This document shows positions 13,341-26,930 of a stretch of 64,000 nucleotides of DNA, in pieces. How positions within the stretch are numbered: the first letter of the stretch is position 1; each line of letters begins with the position of its first letter. The translations under genes were made by a program, and so were the position numbers. The stretch is taken from contig NC_086114.1 in the NCBI RefSeq assembly GCF_963921235.1, forward strand, positions 62,496,001 to 62,560,000. Direction: 5' to 3'. Source of the DNA: Mobula hypostoma. Taxonomy: Eukaryota. The notes beneath the pieces were generated by a model. It did not search any database and had not been told where the DNA came from. It saw nothing but the letters and a program-made list of their open reading frames with translations.

Positions 13341-13399
13341 ACTTCCTGATGATGACTCCTGATGACTAAAATAAGGAAAGCCTACCATTCCATGCCTAG

Positions 13400-15595
13400 A
13401 CTGCATTTTAGTTAATTTGATCACTTGACTGTCCCTCTCCTACAGGCAGAGGCTAAAGAGCAAGGCTCCAGAGATAAGAACAACAAAGAGGTAGTCACAG
13501 GAGGCTATGGAATTGCTTCGAGTTGGTGGACTGGGCTGTGTTCAAAGACTCATACGTGAATCTGAATGAATATACCATGTTTGTCATGGACTTTATAGAA
13601 AGAGTTGTAGATGAGTCTGTCCTCACAATATCATTCAGAGTCTTCCCCTACCAGAAACCCTGAATGAACCATGAGATCCACAAACCTGCTGAGGACCAGT
13701 TCAGAGCCATGCTCGTCTGGTGACCAAGAAAGCAACAGAAAGTCCAGGTACGATCTCAGGAAAGCCATCACATGGGCAAAGTGGCAATTCAACAAAGGGG
13801 GCTCGGGAGCTGTGGTGGGGTTTGAATGCTATCATATCTTAAAAAGTAAAATCAAGCAACACTGGCAACAACAGGGCTTCGCTGCCAGATGAGCTCGATT
13901 CCATCTATGCTCACTTTGACCATCAAAACTTGGAGGAACCATCATGAACTCCCACAGTGCCCAGTGATCCTGTGGTTTCAGTCTCAGGCCAACATTCAGG
14001 AGGGTACCTGGCCAAGTACTAAAGACCTGTGCTGATCAACTGGCCGGAGTGCTCACTGAGATCTTTAACTTCGCTTCGGCAGTCTGACACACCCACCTAC
14101 TTCAAGCAGGCTTCAGTTATACCGATGCCTAAGAAAAATGTGGTGACTTGCCTCAGTGACATGCCCAGTAGCACTTACATCCAGCGTGATGAAGTGTTTT
14201 AAGAGATTGATGATGAAACTTATCACCCCCTCCCTGAGAAGCGACTTGGACCTGCTCCAATTTGCCTACCGGAGCTACAGGTTCACAGCAGATACCATCT
14301 CACTGGCTCTTCACTTAACCCTGAAACATCTGGACAGCAAAGATGCATACATCTGGCTACTGTTTATTGATTATTGCTCAGCATTCAATACTATCAACCC
14401 CTCAAAAATAATCAATAAGCTTCAAGACCTTGGCCTCAATACCTCCTTGTGCAGTTGGATCCTGGATTTCCTCACTTGCAGACTCCAGTCAGTTCAGATT
14501 GGCAACATCTCCTCCATGATCTCCCTCAGCACAGGTGCACCACGGGGTTGTGTGCTCAGCCCCCGGCTCTACTCACCTTACACTCATGACTGTGTGGCTA
14601 AGCACAGCTCCAATGCTATTGTCAACTTTGGTAATAACACCACTGTCTCAGGCCGAATCGAAGGTGGTAATGAATCAGCATATAGGAGGGAGATCAGGCT
14701 GAGTGGTGCCATAACAACAACCTCTCACTCAATGCCAGCAAGACCAAGGAGCTGATTATTGACTTCAGGAGGAGGAAACCAGAGGTCCATGAGGCAGTCC
14801 TCAACAGAGGATCAGAGGTGGAGAGGGTCAGCAACTTTAAATTCCTCGGTGTTATCATTTCAGAGAATCTGTCCTGGGCCCAACACATAAGTGCAATTAC
14901 GAAGAAAGTACAACAGCACCTCTACTTCCTTAACAGTTTGCAAAGATTCAACATGACCTCTAAAGCTTTGGTAATCTACGGATGTGTGGTGGAGAGTACA
15001 TTGACTGGCTGCGTCACAGCCTGGTATGAAAACACCAATGCCCTTGAACGGAAAATCCTACAAAAAGTACTGGATACGGCCCAATCCATCACAGGTAAAG
15101 CCCTCCCCACCACTGAGCACATCTACATGAAGCATTGTCACCAGAAACAGCATCCATCAGCAGGGCTCCCCAACACCCAGGTCATACTCTCTTTTCACTG
15201 CTGCCACCAGGAAGGAGGTACAGGAGCCTCAGGACTCACACCAGCCGGATCAGGAACAATTATTACCCCTTAACCATCAGCCTCTTGAACCAGAGGGGAT
15301 AACTTCCCTCAACTTCACTTGCCCCATCACTGAAATGTTCCCACAACCTATGAACTCACTTTCAAGGACTCTTCATCTCATATTCTTGATATATATTGCT
15401 TGTTTATTTATTATGATTAGTTCTTTCTTTTTGTATTTGCAGTCTGTTATCTTTGACACACCAGACGAATGCCCACGTTGCTGCAGTCTTTCACTGATTC
15501 TATTATGGATTAATTGAATATGCCCGCAGGAAAATGAATCTCATGATTGTATATGGTGACATATATGAACTTCAATAATAAATTTACTTCAAACT
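13400..15595 (+). mobile_element. Rex1/Babar-type LINE, decayed
   Basis: ORFs 14156-14755 ([28 protein letters not shown]) and 14818-15273 (FKFLGV, KKVQQHLYFL); AATAAA tail ~15578. Confidence 0.88.
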
Positions 15596-15779
15596 TTGGT
15601 GAAGTTCCTCAGCCTGAAGCATTGACTGTTTATTCAGTTCCATACATGCTACCTGACCTTCTGAGTTCCTCCAGCATTTTGTGTGTGTCGCTCTGGATTT
15701 CCAGCATCTGCAGAACCTCCTGTGTTTATGATTTGCTACCTACCCTGAATTCTTCTCTTTGACAGGAGTTCACTGAGTC

Positions 15780-18700
15780 CCTCTCCCTCTGCTCCTCCTC
15801 TGTAACCTCTGCTGTCCTCCAACTCTTTTGACCATGTGCACACTCACCCAGACTCACTAACGGCCACATAACCTTCCCTAGGAACTTGTCTTCACCGCCA
15901 TCTTGTTCCGCATGGCTTCCAGCTCCATACTCAGGCCTCCCCTTTTGGACCTGCCAAGGATCCTAGGCACCTGCACTCAGTTGACTGCTTCTCCCTTTGA
16001 ATTCCATACGCCACCCTCTCTGCCATGCAGAGATACCTGCGGACCTTGTCTCAGTCTCTGCCACAGCTTCAGGCCTCTCTCCGCTGCCTGCCATGGACCT
16101 CTCCAGCACTTCATCCTCCATCTGATCCAAACCTTCAAACTGCTGGTTCTTCTACTTCCTCACGTCCAGGAAGGAGTTGGACTGTCTCTAGACTAGGGCC
16201 CCTGCCATCTCACGTTTGGACCTTGATTCGATTGATTGCCTCCAGACCAATAGTTCTGCCGTCTCCACCTTGGACTCTAACAACCCCAGATGACTCCAGT
16301 TCTGAACTCAGCCACTCTTACTTCCAAGCCAAGACCTTTCTCAGTGCTGCAGGGCTCTAGGACTTCCCTTTCCTCATCACTACTCCCCAACTCTGGGTCA
16401 CTAAGGCTCCCCCATTACCTCTTGGGGCTTTGGCGCCTCCATCATCTTCCCACCCTGCCTTCACTGAGCACCCCACCCCTCCCTTCTTCTCTGATGCCAT
16501 TAACTCTCTTCCACCTCTGATCCCAGCTCTAATGCCTGCTGTGTCACCATTTCCTCCCACCTTTCCCTCTCTGAAGTAGAACTTTTTTGTCCTCAGTAAG
16601 GGCCTCACCTTCGTCTCCTTTCGCCCATACCTCAGTGAGTCCAGTGCCAGCCACGTCACCAGACACTTCTTCTGTTGTCTCTGTCTTGGATTCTCTACCC
16701 CGCACCAATGCTTCCTTCTCTCGTCTCCAACCCTCCTCCTCTCCTTGGCCACCCAGCTCTGGTTTTCTGCCTGCTCCGGATCTTTTGATCTCTAATTGCT
16801 GATGAGATGTCAACTGGCTTCCTCCTTGAATTTTACCCCTCTGAATGCACTGCTCTCCAAACTCTCCACACCAATCCCAACCTCACCATCAAACCTGCAG
16901 ACAAAGGTTGTGCTGTTGTAGTCTAGCGGACTGACCTCTACGTTACTGAGGCCCTGCGGCAACTCTCAAACACCTCCTCTTACTTCCCCCTGAAAAGAAC
17001 CCACCTCAGGACAATCAGGTGATTGTCTCCTTCACCATCACCAACCTCATCAACTGGAGATCATCGATCCACTACCTCCAACTGATAGTTTTCTATCCCA
17101 CACTGCTCATCTCTACCTCCTATCAGAGATCCACAAATCTGACTGTCCGGTAGGCCCAATGTTTCTGTATGCTCCTGCCCCACTGAACTGGTATCCACAC
17201 ACCTCAAGTCCATTTTATCTCTCTTGGTCTCATCCCACCTACATCCACTTCATATGCTCCAGATCTCCTCAACAACTTCCACATTCCTGGCCCTGTTCAC
17301 CTCAATTTCACCATGGATGCCCACTTCCTGTACACTTCTACCCCCATCGAGAAGGCCTTAAAGTTATCCACCTTTTTCTCAACTACAGACCCGAGCAGGT
17401 CCCCTCCTCCACTACACTTCTTCCATCTGGTGGAACTGGTCCTCAACCTCAACAATTTCTCTTTTGGTTCCTCCCGTTTCCTCTAGACTTGAGATGTAGC
17501 CATTGGTACCCATATGGGCCCCAGCTATGCCAGCCTTTTCATTGGCCTTACAGAACAGTCCATGTTCTAAGCCTTCCCTGCTAATGCTAACCACCTCTTC
17601 CTGCTCTACTTTGGCGAATGCATTGGTGCTGCTTCATGCACCCATGCTGAGCTCATCAATTTCATTAACTTTGTGTCCAACCTCCACCCAGCCCTTAAAT
17701 TCACTTGATCCATTTCTGACATCTCTCTCCCATTTTTTTGAGCTCTCTTTCTCCATCTCTGGAGACAAACTGTCCACTGATATCACTTATAAACCTGCTG
17801 AATCCAGAGGCTATCCAGACTAAACCTCTTCCCACTCCGTCTCCTGCAAAAATGCTACACTCTTTTCTCAGTTCCTTTGTCTCTGTAGTATTTATTTCCA
17901 TGATGAGGGTTTCCTTTCCAAGATATCTGAGATGTCCTTCTCCTTCAGGAATGGGGTTTTCCTTCCTTCGCCATTAATGCTGCTCTCACCCACACTCCCT
18001 CCTATTCCTGGACATCCACACTCACCCTTTCTTAACACCACCTTTGACAGGAATAGAGTTCCTCTTGTCTGCACCTGCCACCCCTCGAGCCTCCGTATCC
18101 AACACATACTTCTACCACTTTCAACAGGACTCTACTACCAACATAGCTTTACCTTCCCCCCTCTTCTGCTTTCCACAGGGATCACTCCCTCTGTGATTCC
18201 CTTATCCATTTGTCACTCCCCACTAATCTCCCCCCTGGCAAGCGACAGAAGTGCCACATCTGCCCATTCGCCTTCTCCCTTACCTCCATTCAGTACCCAA
18301 GCAACCCTTCCAGGTGAGGCGGCTGCAAATCTGTTTGAGTCGTTTACTGTACCTGCTGCTCCTGATACGGCCTACTCTACACTGGGGACCACTTCATCAG
18401 GCTCCTCAGCTCCATTCACAAAAAAGCTTGATTTCCTGGTGGTCACCATTTTAATTCCAATCCCCATTCCCATTCTAATATGTCAGTCCACGGTCTCCTC
18501 TTCCACCATGATGAGGCCACTCTCAGGTTGGGGGAACAACACTTTATATTCTGTCTATGTAGTCTCCAACCTGATGCCACGAACATCAATTTCTCCAAAT
18601 TCCAGTAATTTTCCCCCTCCCCTTCCCTCTTCTTCATTTCCCCAATCTGTCCCCACCCTCTTCTCCTCACATACCTATTACACTCCCCCAGTGATCCCCC

Positions 18701-19560
18701 ATCTTCCCTTTCTCCATGGTCTACTCCCCGCTTCTCCAGCCTTTCACCTTTTCCACCTATCACCACCCAGCTTCTTACTCCGTCTCCTCTCCCCTATCGA
18801 CCTGCTTCACCTATCACCTTCTAGCTTGTTGTGAGGTGGATGAAATCACAGGAGAGACAGAGTCACTGGTAGATACAAAGCAGCTTCTTTATTCCACACA
18901 ACAAGGTACAGCAGGCATCTACGGACAGAGACGCTTTCGGTGGAAAGGTCTGCTAGCTCAATGTGGGCTTGATATTTATATGCTAAACACAAAGGACAAT
19001 TCGTATTTACAAGTATAGACAATGCTTCCTTTTGAAGCTACATACAAAACATCACACCTTCTGACTTCATCCTTGCCTCCCGATGCCAACGTGTCTGGGT
19101 TGGTACTCACAGCCTTTAGGAGTGCAAGTTAAATCCACAATACATTTATTTGGTATTTTACGTGCTAACATAGAGGACAATTAATAATTATAAAGTACGG
19201 ATAAGACTGTCTTCAAAACTACCCGTAAACTTCACACTTCCAATCGCAGCGTCTGGGCTAGTATTCCGATATTCACAGCTTTTAGGAAATGCATTGTTGT
19301 GAACTTAATCCACAGTACTTTGTCAAACAGAAGGCTGGTGGCCAAAGTCATTTAAGTGTAAATGAATCATCTACCCAAAAACTCACTCTAACATAGCTTG
19401 CGTTCCTTCTCCTCCCCCCACCCTCTTATTCTGTCTAGTCCTCAGCCTGCAACATTGACTGTTCATTCACTTCCACAGATGCTGCCCGACCTGCCGCTTC
19501 TCCAGTACTTTGTGTGTGTTGCTCTGGATTCCCAGCATTTGCGGAATCTCTTGTGATCAT
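15780..19560 (+). mobile_element. Penelope-like element (RT plus GIY-YIG), long and decayed
   Basis: TIKPADKGCAVVV (~16885), IHK.DCP, GTHMGPSYA (~17505); C/T-rich strand; terminal repeat at 19440-19555; split by a solo LTR. Confidence 0.85.
18827..19393 (-). mobile_element. Solo LTR (567 bp) with 5-bp TSD
   Basis: TGTT...AACA termini; TSD TAGCT at 18822-18826 and 19394-19398; AATAAA on minus strand ~18887; internal ~180-bp duplication. Confidence 0.85.
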
Positions 19561-21585
19561 GATTTTGTCTCTTTGAAGGAGATATCCAATTAACCTCGCT
19601 CCCTTACACGTTGGTTGGGACATACTGGTGTACCATTTGTACCTGTTTGATTCACTAAGGTTTTCTGAAGCCTCTCCAGGGGAGTTTATTAAGGGTTCCG
19701 GTCCTTTGTGTTTGCTGGAGGCAGCTCTTTTTCAAAGCATCAGGGTCCTGGCATGAGAGCTGGAGTTTGAGAATACCAGATGCTTCTGAATCAGCAAGGG
19801 TAGCCTTTCTAAATCTGTCCCCAGCTAATTTAAGGAACGTCCTGATTTATCACAAAGGAGAAAGTCTATACAAGCCTCATGTCACTACAAAATTTAGTGA
19901 CATGTGGGACTGCTTCGGGGAAAGCTTTGAAGAATTGGTTAAGATATAAACGTGATATGAATCAGGGTGAATTTTCTCACCATCACCCAGCACCAATACA
20001 CCTGGCTCCTGTTTCTGTCCTTCATTCCTGCTCCTTACGGTGTGGGACTAGATGGTCTGAAATGTGCTGAGTGAGCAGATCAGTCCCAATCTTAGAGAGC
20101 TGAGCTCATTTGCTGAAATCCAATGCCTAATGTATTCAGTCTCCTCCTGCAACTTCAGACTTAAGTCGTCTCCTGCGTTCCAGGGAGTATAAATCAGTAG
20201 GGGATTTCAGCTGAGGTCAAGGGTGGGTGCTCTGCGCTGACTTTCTTTCTGGGGATTGTTCTTGGAGTTTCAGAGATTTTGATGTTGTAGCAGACAGGTC
20301 TGAACACTGCCCTCACCTGCTTACTTATTCTGTGGCGCGAACAACATTGAAACCTGAATTGGGAGACTCTTTTCTTTCCAGACTATGTCTTTTCCAGCCA
20401 TATTGTGGCTGCTCACCGTGTGAGTGGTTGGTGGGGTGAGGTGGGGAGGGTGCAAAAGGTGGGGTTGTGCTTGGGCACAGAGATTCCAGCCCCACAGGTC
20501 ATTATCTATTGCTGCCCATCACTGGGTTATTTCAGGTGGAGTAGTCAGAAACTGTCAGCTTGGGCCAAGATTCTGACCTTCTGCAAGGGAACAGGTGCTG
20601 ATAAAGAGGTTTGTGTCCTGTTGTAGCAGGGAGGGGGAGTGGAGTGGTGAGGACTTGGGAGAATCCCTGCCCGATGAAAGGACGAAGGGTGCTCGTTATA
20701 GGTGTAGCCTTTTCTCTGTCACAACTGTGCCTTGTTCTAGGAGCCCAAAGTGTGAGGCTGTGCACGCTTCACTGTGATAACCAGTGATGCCAGCCATAAC
20801 AGTGATAATTAACGCACAGAATTTCGAAGGTTGTGTTTTGAGGAACAGAGCACAGAATTGTCATGAGCAACTACAAGCCCTCGTCAATATTCTTTCAATA
20901 CCGCATGGGAATTGTATCCTCAAATAAGATCAAACAGTCAGATATTTTGCCATACTGTTCCATAGCCCTGCTTCAATCCTGACTTCCAGTCTTGTACTAT
21001 TAAGTCAACTAGAATTTGCCTTTGAAACATCTTTCAGTAAATAATGATCCTCACACTGCCTGCTCAAAGTGACAGAAGCAGAATTTTGTTTATCCAGGGA
21101 GTTTTGTTTACACAATTCCAGGAAGTCTGCTACAGTAGCTAGGAGATCCTGGGGGGCACTTTCTCAGTATTTAAACTTTGGAATCATCAGATCTACATTT
21201 ACACAAATGCTTTGTGGCATCATTACATAAGATGGCAAAGATAGTGGGCAGTGCTGGAGACACTGAATCAAACAGCACAGGAACAGGCACATTTTCACCA
21301 TCTCATTGTATTCTCCCGGCATTCTCATCAGCTCCTCCGACACACTCAGTGCAATTAACTCACCAACGTGCACATATCTGAGGTGCGGGAGGAAATCGGG
21401 GCCTGCGGTTTAGGGAGAACTCTATACAGACAGCAGCGGAGGTTGGGACCACTGGAGCTCTGGGGCAATGGCTCTACCACCTGCGCTACTGTGTCCCCCA
21501 ACTTCTCCCCTGTTTGTTGTAAGTCTGGCTTTTGAAGCAACATATTGTTATCTTGCTACTGGGAGACATGATGGGAAAAAAGCAC

Positions 21586-21665
21586 CTTTTGAGGCAGAGG
21601 ACTCTCGCACATAGACATGATGTGCCGCTCCTTAACCAGCTCCTCCAAGACATCCTCCATCTCAC
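21586..21665 (-). other. Candidate 80-nt coding exon (GEMEDVLEELVKERHIMSMCESPLPQK)
   Basis: Pyrimidine-rich acceptor ...tttcaaatcagtag, open frame, donor AAG|gtgctt; lies in a TE-free island; no homolog recognised. Confidence 0.3.
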
Positions 21666-22899
21666 CTACTGATTTGAAAGGATGTTGTATCATTGGGGAA
21701 AAGAAGCAAACCTTCATTTAAATAAAGAAATGAGACCATTTCCTTACATATTGAGTTCAGAAAATCTAAAGTTGTTGAATGTCTTCTGAGAACATTTTAT
21801 TAAATTAAATTTCTTTAAATTATCTAAAGGGACGTTTTCCATGACTGTATGTTGTTTCCTTGTGATTAGAGACATTTGTTGGCAGCCAATTTGCTACATT
21901 ATGAAAGAACAAAAGTTGGGCTTATATTCCTACAGTTTTGTTCATGATCTCAGATATCCCAAGGAACTTCACAGCAACAAATAATAATGAAATAATGATC
22001 AGATTATCTGATCTAGTGATGAGAAATTATGATCGTCCAGGACCCTAGGGATCCTCATTTCTCATGCAGTCTTTCATGCTAATGAAGTAGACACCCACAC
22101 TTCACCATAGCAATTTTGTTCATGAATTTAAGTCACATTCCAGAGGTTTAAGCCTAAACACCCAGGCCACAAAACAAACTGTTGCACTGTGAAAAGTATT
22201 CCTGTATTGATATTAAGCTAGGACACGTCATTTCTCTCTGATCCATCAACTAGTTATATCCATATTGGGCAACAGAAGAGTTAAACCCCATATCATGAAC
22301 TAATATTGTACAAGTGGGGAATGACGAGTCTGTATTTGGTTTGTAGTTCGTATCCAGTATAGAAGTTTTAGTTCCATTCCGCCTCAGTGCCAACTCCAAC
22401 TCTCTCACCCACATTCAGTCTGTGACCTGCCCTTTCCGCTTTGACCGTTCCAAACTTGCCCTACAGGCTGATCTCCAAAGCTGGAATTTCTCAAAGATAG
22501 TGAAGAAAAAAATTTAACTGAAAAGAATTCCAGATGGTTACTCTTATGTCTCTGTGTAGCCTCCTAAAGATCCATCTCTAAACATGAGAGTTCTGATCGC
22601 TGTAGCCCTGACGATATTTTAACTGAACTCTCAGCATGGACTGTTGCTTTGCTTTGCATTCTCCGTTGGTATTTTATTTTATAAACAAATCGATTACTTG
22701 TTTGAAAGAATTAAAATGTCACATTTAAGCCTTCAAGCATTCCAAAGTGTTTTTCGGTCTTATTCAGATAATACTACCACACTGAGACTTGAGGGCTGGA
22801 CACTGCCAGCAGTGTAAAATGTCTGAGAGGTTTGCATGATACAACATGGAAGATGAGCATTAATACTGAGCTCTGTTTCGGGTAATACTTGGTTTTGGA

Positions 22900-23420
22900 T
22901 TATTATTGTCACATGTACAGTGAAAAGCTTGTCTTGCATGCTGTTTATACAGATTGAGTCATTATGCAGTGCATTGAGGTAGAATAAGGTAAAACAATAA
23001 CAATGCAGAATAAAGTGTAAAAACTGCCAAAAAAGTACAGCTCAGGTACAAGATCAAAACGAGGTAACTTGTGAGGCCAAGAGTACAGTTTATCATACAG
23101 GAGTTGCGTCCAAGAGTCTTATAACAGTAGGATAGAAGCTGTCCTTCAGCTTGGTGCTACGCGCATTCAGGCAACTGTAGATCCTACCCGATGGGAGGTG
23201 AAAGAAGAGGGAATGTCCGGGGTGGGTTGGGTATCTGATTCTGCTGGCTGCTTCACTGAGGCAGTGTGAAGTGCAGACAGCGTCTATAGAGAGGAGGCTG
23301 GTTCCTGTGATTTGTTGAGCTGTGTCCACAACTCTCTGCAGTTTCTGTCAGTTGTGTGCAGAGCAGTTGTCATACCAGACAGTTACAGTATGCATCCAGA
23401 TAGAATCTTTTCCTTGGTGC
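22900..23420 (-). mobile_element. Rex1/Babar LINE 3' fragment
   Basis: ORF 23093-23329 HPGHSLFFHLPSGR...DSFYPTVIRLL. Confidence 0.8.
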
Positions 23421-23859
23421 ACCACACTACAGACTGGTGAAGGACTGGTTCAGGGCTACTGGAGGGATAAGGACTATCATGATTTAGGAACTTCGGGGGT
23501 GACAGACAGAAAACCATGACTCATGACATCAATTCTGAGTAGAAAATATGAATGGACACAGGCAAATGCACTCCCATTTACCTAGGGTTTAAAACAATGT
23601 GTAATGGAACTTTTGGGGACAGAAATATTTTCTGGGCTGGTATGGGAAATACGGACACAGGAGGCTGCTGAGGCAAGAACCTGGACCAATAAACCATCTG
23701 CTGGAGGAATTGAGTTGCTCAGACCAGAGATATTGGCTGTCCATTTCCTGCCACATTGAGTTCCACTAGCATCTTCTTAGTTGCTGAGGGGAGTAAGGAC
23801 CTGTTTGTCCTGCAGTGCTGAATACAATGAATTTTAGGATTGATTAGTGCAGAGACAAC

Positions 23860-24990
23860 CAATTTTGACATTTGGCAACCCACCAGTTCCCACGGCTATC
23901 TTGACTATACCTCTTCCCAGCCTTTCCCCTGTAAAAATGCCATTCCCTTTTCTCAGTTCCTTCATCTCCCCACATCTGTTTCCAGGATGATGGTTTCCTT
24001 TCCAGGACATCAGAGATGCCTCCTTCTTCAAAGAACAGGATTTCCCTTCCTCCACCATTGATACTACCCTCACCCTCATCGCCTCCATTTCCTAGACATC
24101 CGAGCTCACCCTATCTTCCTGCTGCCTTAATAAGGAAAGAGTTCCTCTTGTCCTTACTTACCACCACATCAGCCTCCTCATCTAGCACATCATTCTCCAC
24201 AACTTCCACCATCTTCAACAGGATCCAAACATATCTTTAACTCCATTCCTCCACTCCCTCCATTCCACAGAGTCACACCCTCTGTAATTCCCTTGACCAT
24301 TCGTCCTTCCCCATTGATCTCCTTCCTGGCACTTATGTGCTGCACCTGCCCATTTACCTCCCCCCTCACCTCCATTCAGGGCCCCAAATAGTCCTTCCAG
24401 GTGAGGCAACACTTCACCTGCAAATCTGTTGGGGTCACCTACTATATCTAGTGCTCCCAATGTGGTCTCATCTACATAGATTGGAGACAGCCTTCTTGAG
24501 TACTGCAGCTTCATCTGCAAAAAGCAGAATTTCCCAGTGGTCAAATCCAATCCCCATTCCCATTCCAACATGTTGGTCCACAGCCTCCTCTTCTGCCATG
24601 ATGAGGCCACTCTCAGGCTGGAGTGGCAACACCTCATATTTCATCTAGATAGCCTCCAACACAATGGCATGAATGTCAATTTCTCCAGCTTATGGTAATT
24701 TTTTACCCTTCCCCTTCCCTCTTCTTCATTTCCCCCTTACCTCTTCTCCTCACCTGCCTATCACTTCCGTCCTCCTTCCCTTTCTCCCATCATCCACTCT
24801 CCTCTCCTATCAGAATGCTTGTTCTCCAGTTCTTTGCCTTTTCCACCTATCACCCCCTCTCAACCTCCAGTTCATTCCCCCTCCCCACCCACGTGGCTTC
24901 ACCCATCATCTTCTTGCTTGTCCTTCTTCCCCTTCCCCCACCTTCTTATTCTGGCATCTTCCCCCTCCCTTTCTAGTCCTCATGAAGGGT
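23860..24990 (+). mobile_element. Penelope-like element 3' fragment (GIY-YIG region and tail)
   Basis: IQGPK.SFQVRQHFTC...Y.I.CSQCGLIYI; matches the other Penelope copies in the window. Confidence 0.82.
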
Positions 24991-25489
24991 GTTGTCGACT
25001 AGCTGAATAGGTGGTGTCATAACCCAACCCCTCTGTTCAGGGATGGGTTTTCCAGTTTGACAAAGATGGCTATCAGCTACTTACAATGCAGTCCTAACAT
25101 CTCTACAACAGTTCACACCTCCATTCACGCAAAGATGAGACTAATGATCCTCTCATTACTGTTATGACTCTTAACGATCCTCATGGATTGCTATACGTTT
25201 AAACAACTCAGAGTTTATAAACCAGAAAACTACCCACCATGGGTCAGAACTGAAGAAGCCTCTCAGATGAGTGACAAACCATCTCTAGACAACACAGCAA
25301 GTCCAATTGCCTTGATACACCCCTTAGTTCATCATTTCCCCCACCCCAGAAGAAGTAGTTTTTACAGCACCCTGTGCATGCACCTCAGAATTGTATGTTT
25401 CAATACCCCCACCACTCCTTCATCTAAATTTTATAGAGGAATTCAATCTCTTTTCACATATCATTCTTCTCCAAACCAGTGATCAGTCC

Positions 25490-26290
25490 AGTGAGCCAAT
25501 GCCACCCAATACATTTATACCCTTCCTCAAACATCGAGCCCAAAATTCTGCAGTACTGCAGGTGGTGTCTCACTAGGACTGTGTGAGGTTGCAGGATTCC
25601 AATTTGGATCTGTTCACAACCCCATGGATAGTAGCCTCATGTAATTGGCTCCTCAGCCAAGCAGGTACACCAAATATCTACGTCCCTACTTTTATATCCA
25701 TGGTTCTCACGATAAAAGCCAACATGCCATTAACCTTGTCAGATTTAGTGCTTCATGCACTTGGGAACCCCATGTACCATCAGATTCTGTAACTTCGTGT
25801 CACTTCATAATAATCTGGTTCATCATTTTTCTTTCCAAAGTGGACAACCTCACATTTTTCCATCTGTCAACTGTTGTCCACTTGCTCAACCTCCCTCTTC
25901 CCTTTGCAGGTTTTTTGACTCCCTCACAACTTGCCAATGCACCCCTTTGATATTAAAAAACATTGTCTCATTGTGTCGATATAAATAGTTGAGACCTCAG
26001 CATAGTTCTGCCCTAGCTACTGATTGCCAGTCCAAAAATGACCCACTTATCACTCTTTTTTGTTTGTCTCTCTCATAACAATGTCAGTATATAGTGTTTC
26101 ACCCCCAAACCTTACCTTCTGCAATAAACTTTAATGTAATACCTTATCAAATATCTTTTAGAAATCCCAATATACAACATCTACTGGCTCCCAATTATCC
26201 ATGCAGTTTGTAATATCTTCAAAGAACATAAACAACTTCGTCAAAAACCACTTCCATCATTCTTGTTAAAGCCATGTTGACTCTATCAGA
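25490..26290 (-). mobile_element. Old CR1 fragment
   Basis: Reverse-strand remnants EPVDVVYLGF.KIFDKV. Confidence 0.6.
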
Positions 26291-26300
26291 TTGTTTAATT

Positions 26301-26930
26301 TAGATTAGATTAGATTATGAGGACACACAGTCCTCTTTTATTGTCATTTAGTAATGCATGCATTAAGAAATGATACAATGTTTTCCCAGAATGATATCAC
26401 AGAAACACATGACAAACCGACTAAAACTGACAAAAACCACATAATTATAACATATAGTTACAACAGTGCAAAGCAATACCGTAATTTGATAAGAACAGGC
26501 CATGGGCACGGTACAGTCTCAAAGTCTCTCGAAAGTCCCATCATCTCACACAGGCGGTAAACCTTGAGCGCTGCAAACTTGCCAATGCAGCATCCCGGAA
26601 GCATCCAACCACAGTCCGACTCCGAGTCCGTCTGAAAACTCTGAGCCTCCGACCAGCTCCCCGACACCGAGCACCGAGCACCATCTCTGCTGGGCGCTTC
26701 AACCCCGGCCCTGGCAACAGGCAAGGCCGAGGATTTGGGGCCTTCCCTCCGGAGATTCTCGATCGCACAGTAGCAGCGGCAGCGAACGGGCATTTCAGAA
26801 GTTTCTCCAGATGGTGCTCTGTGCTTCTTCACGTCTGTTTCTATCAAATCAGGATTGTGCATGACATCCTACTTCACAGATACGATATCAATTCTGAACG
26901 GTTGCGTCGCGTTGCCATCTTCTCCTCCCT
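26301..26930 (-). mobile_element. Non-autonomous retroposon with AAGATGGC 5' end and (TCTAA)n tail
   Basis: Minus-strand start ggagaagatggc; ends aataaaagaggactgtgtgtcctcataatctaatctaatcta, the same microsatellite tail as the Rex1 LINE at 656-1930; CpG-rich, no ORF. Confidence 0.7.

Noticed and set aside
17932-18834. 300-aa Pro/Ser/Leu-rich ORF
   Set aside because: Off-frame read of C/T-rich decayed Penelope sequence, which is depleted of stop codons
22409-22480. 72-nt minus-strand exon candidate (ccag...gtgaga)
   Set aside because: Its only open frame is phase 2-2, incompatible with the neighbouring candidate exons; no recognisable motif
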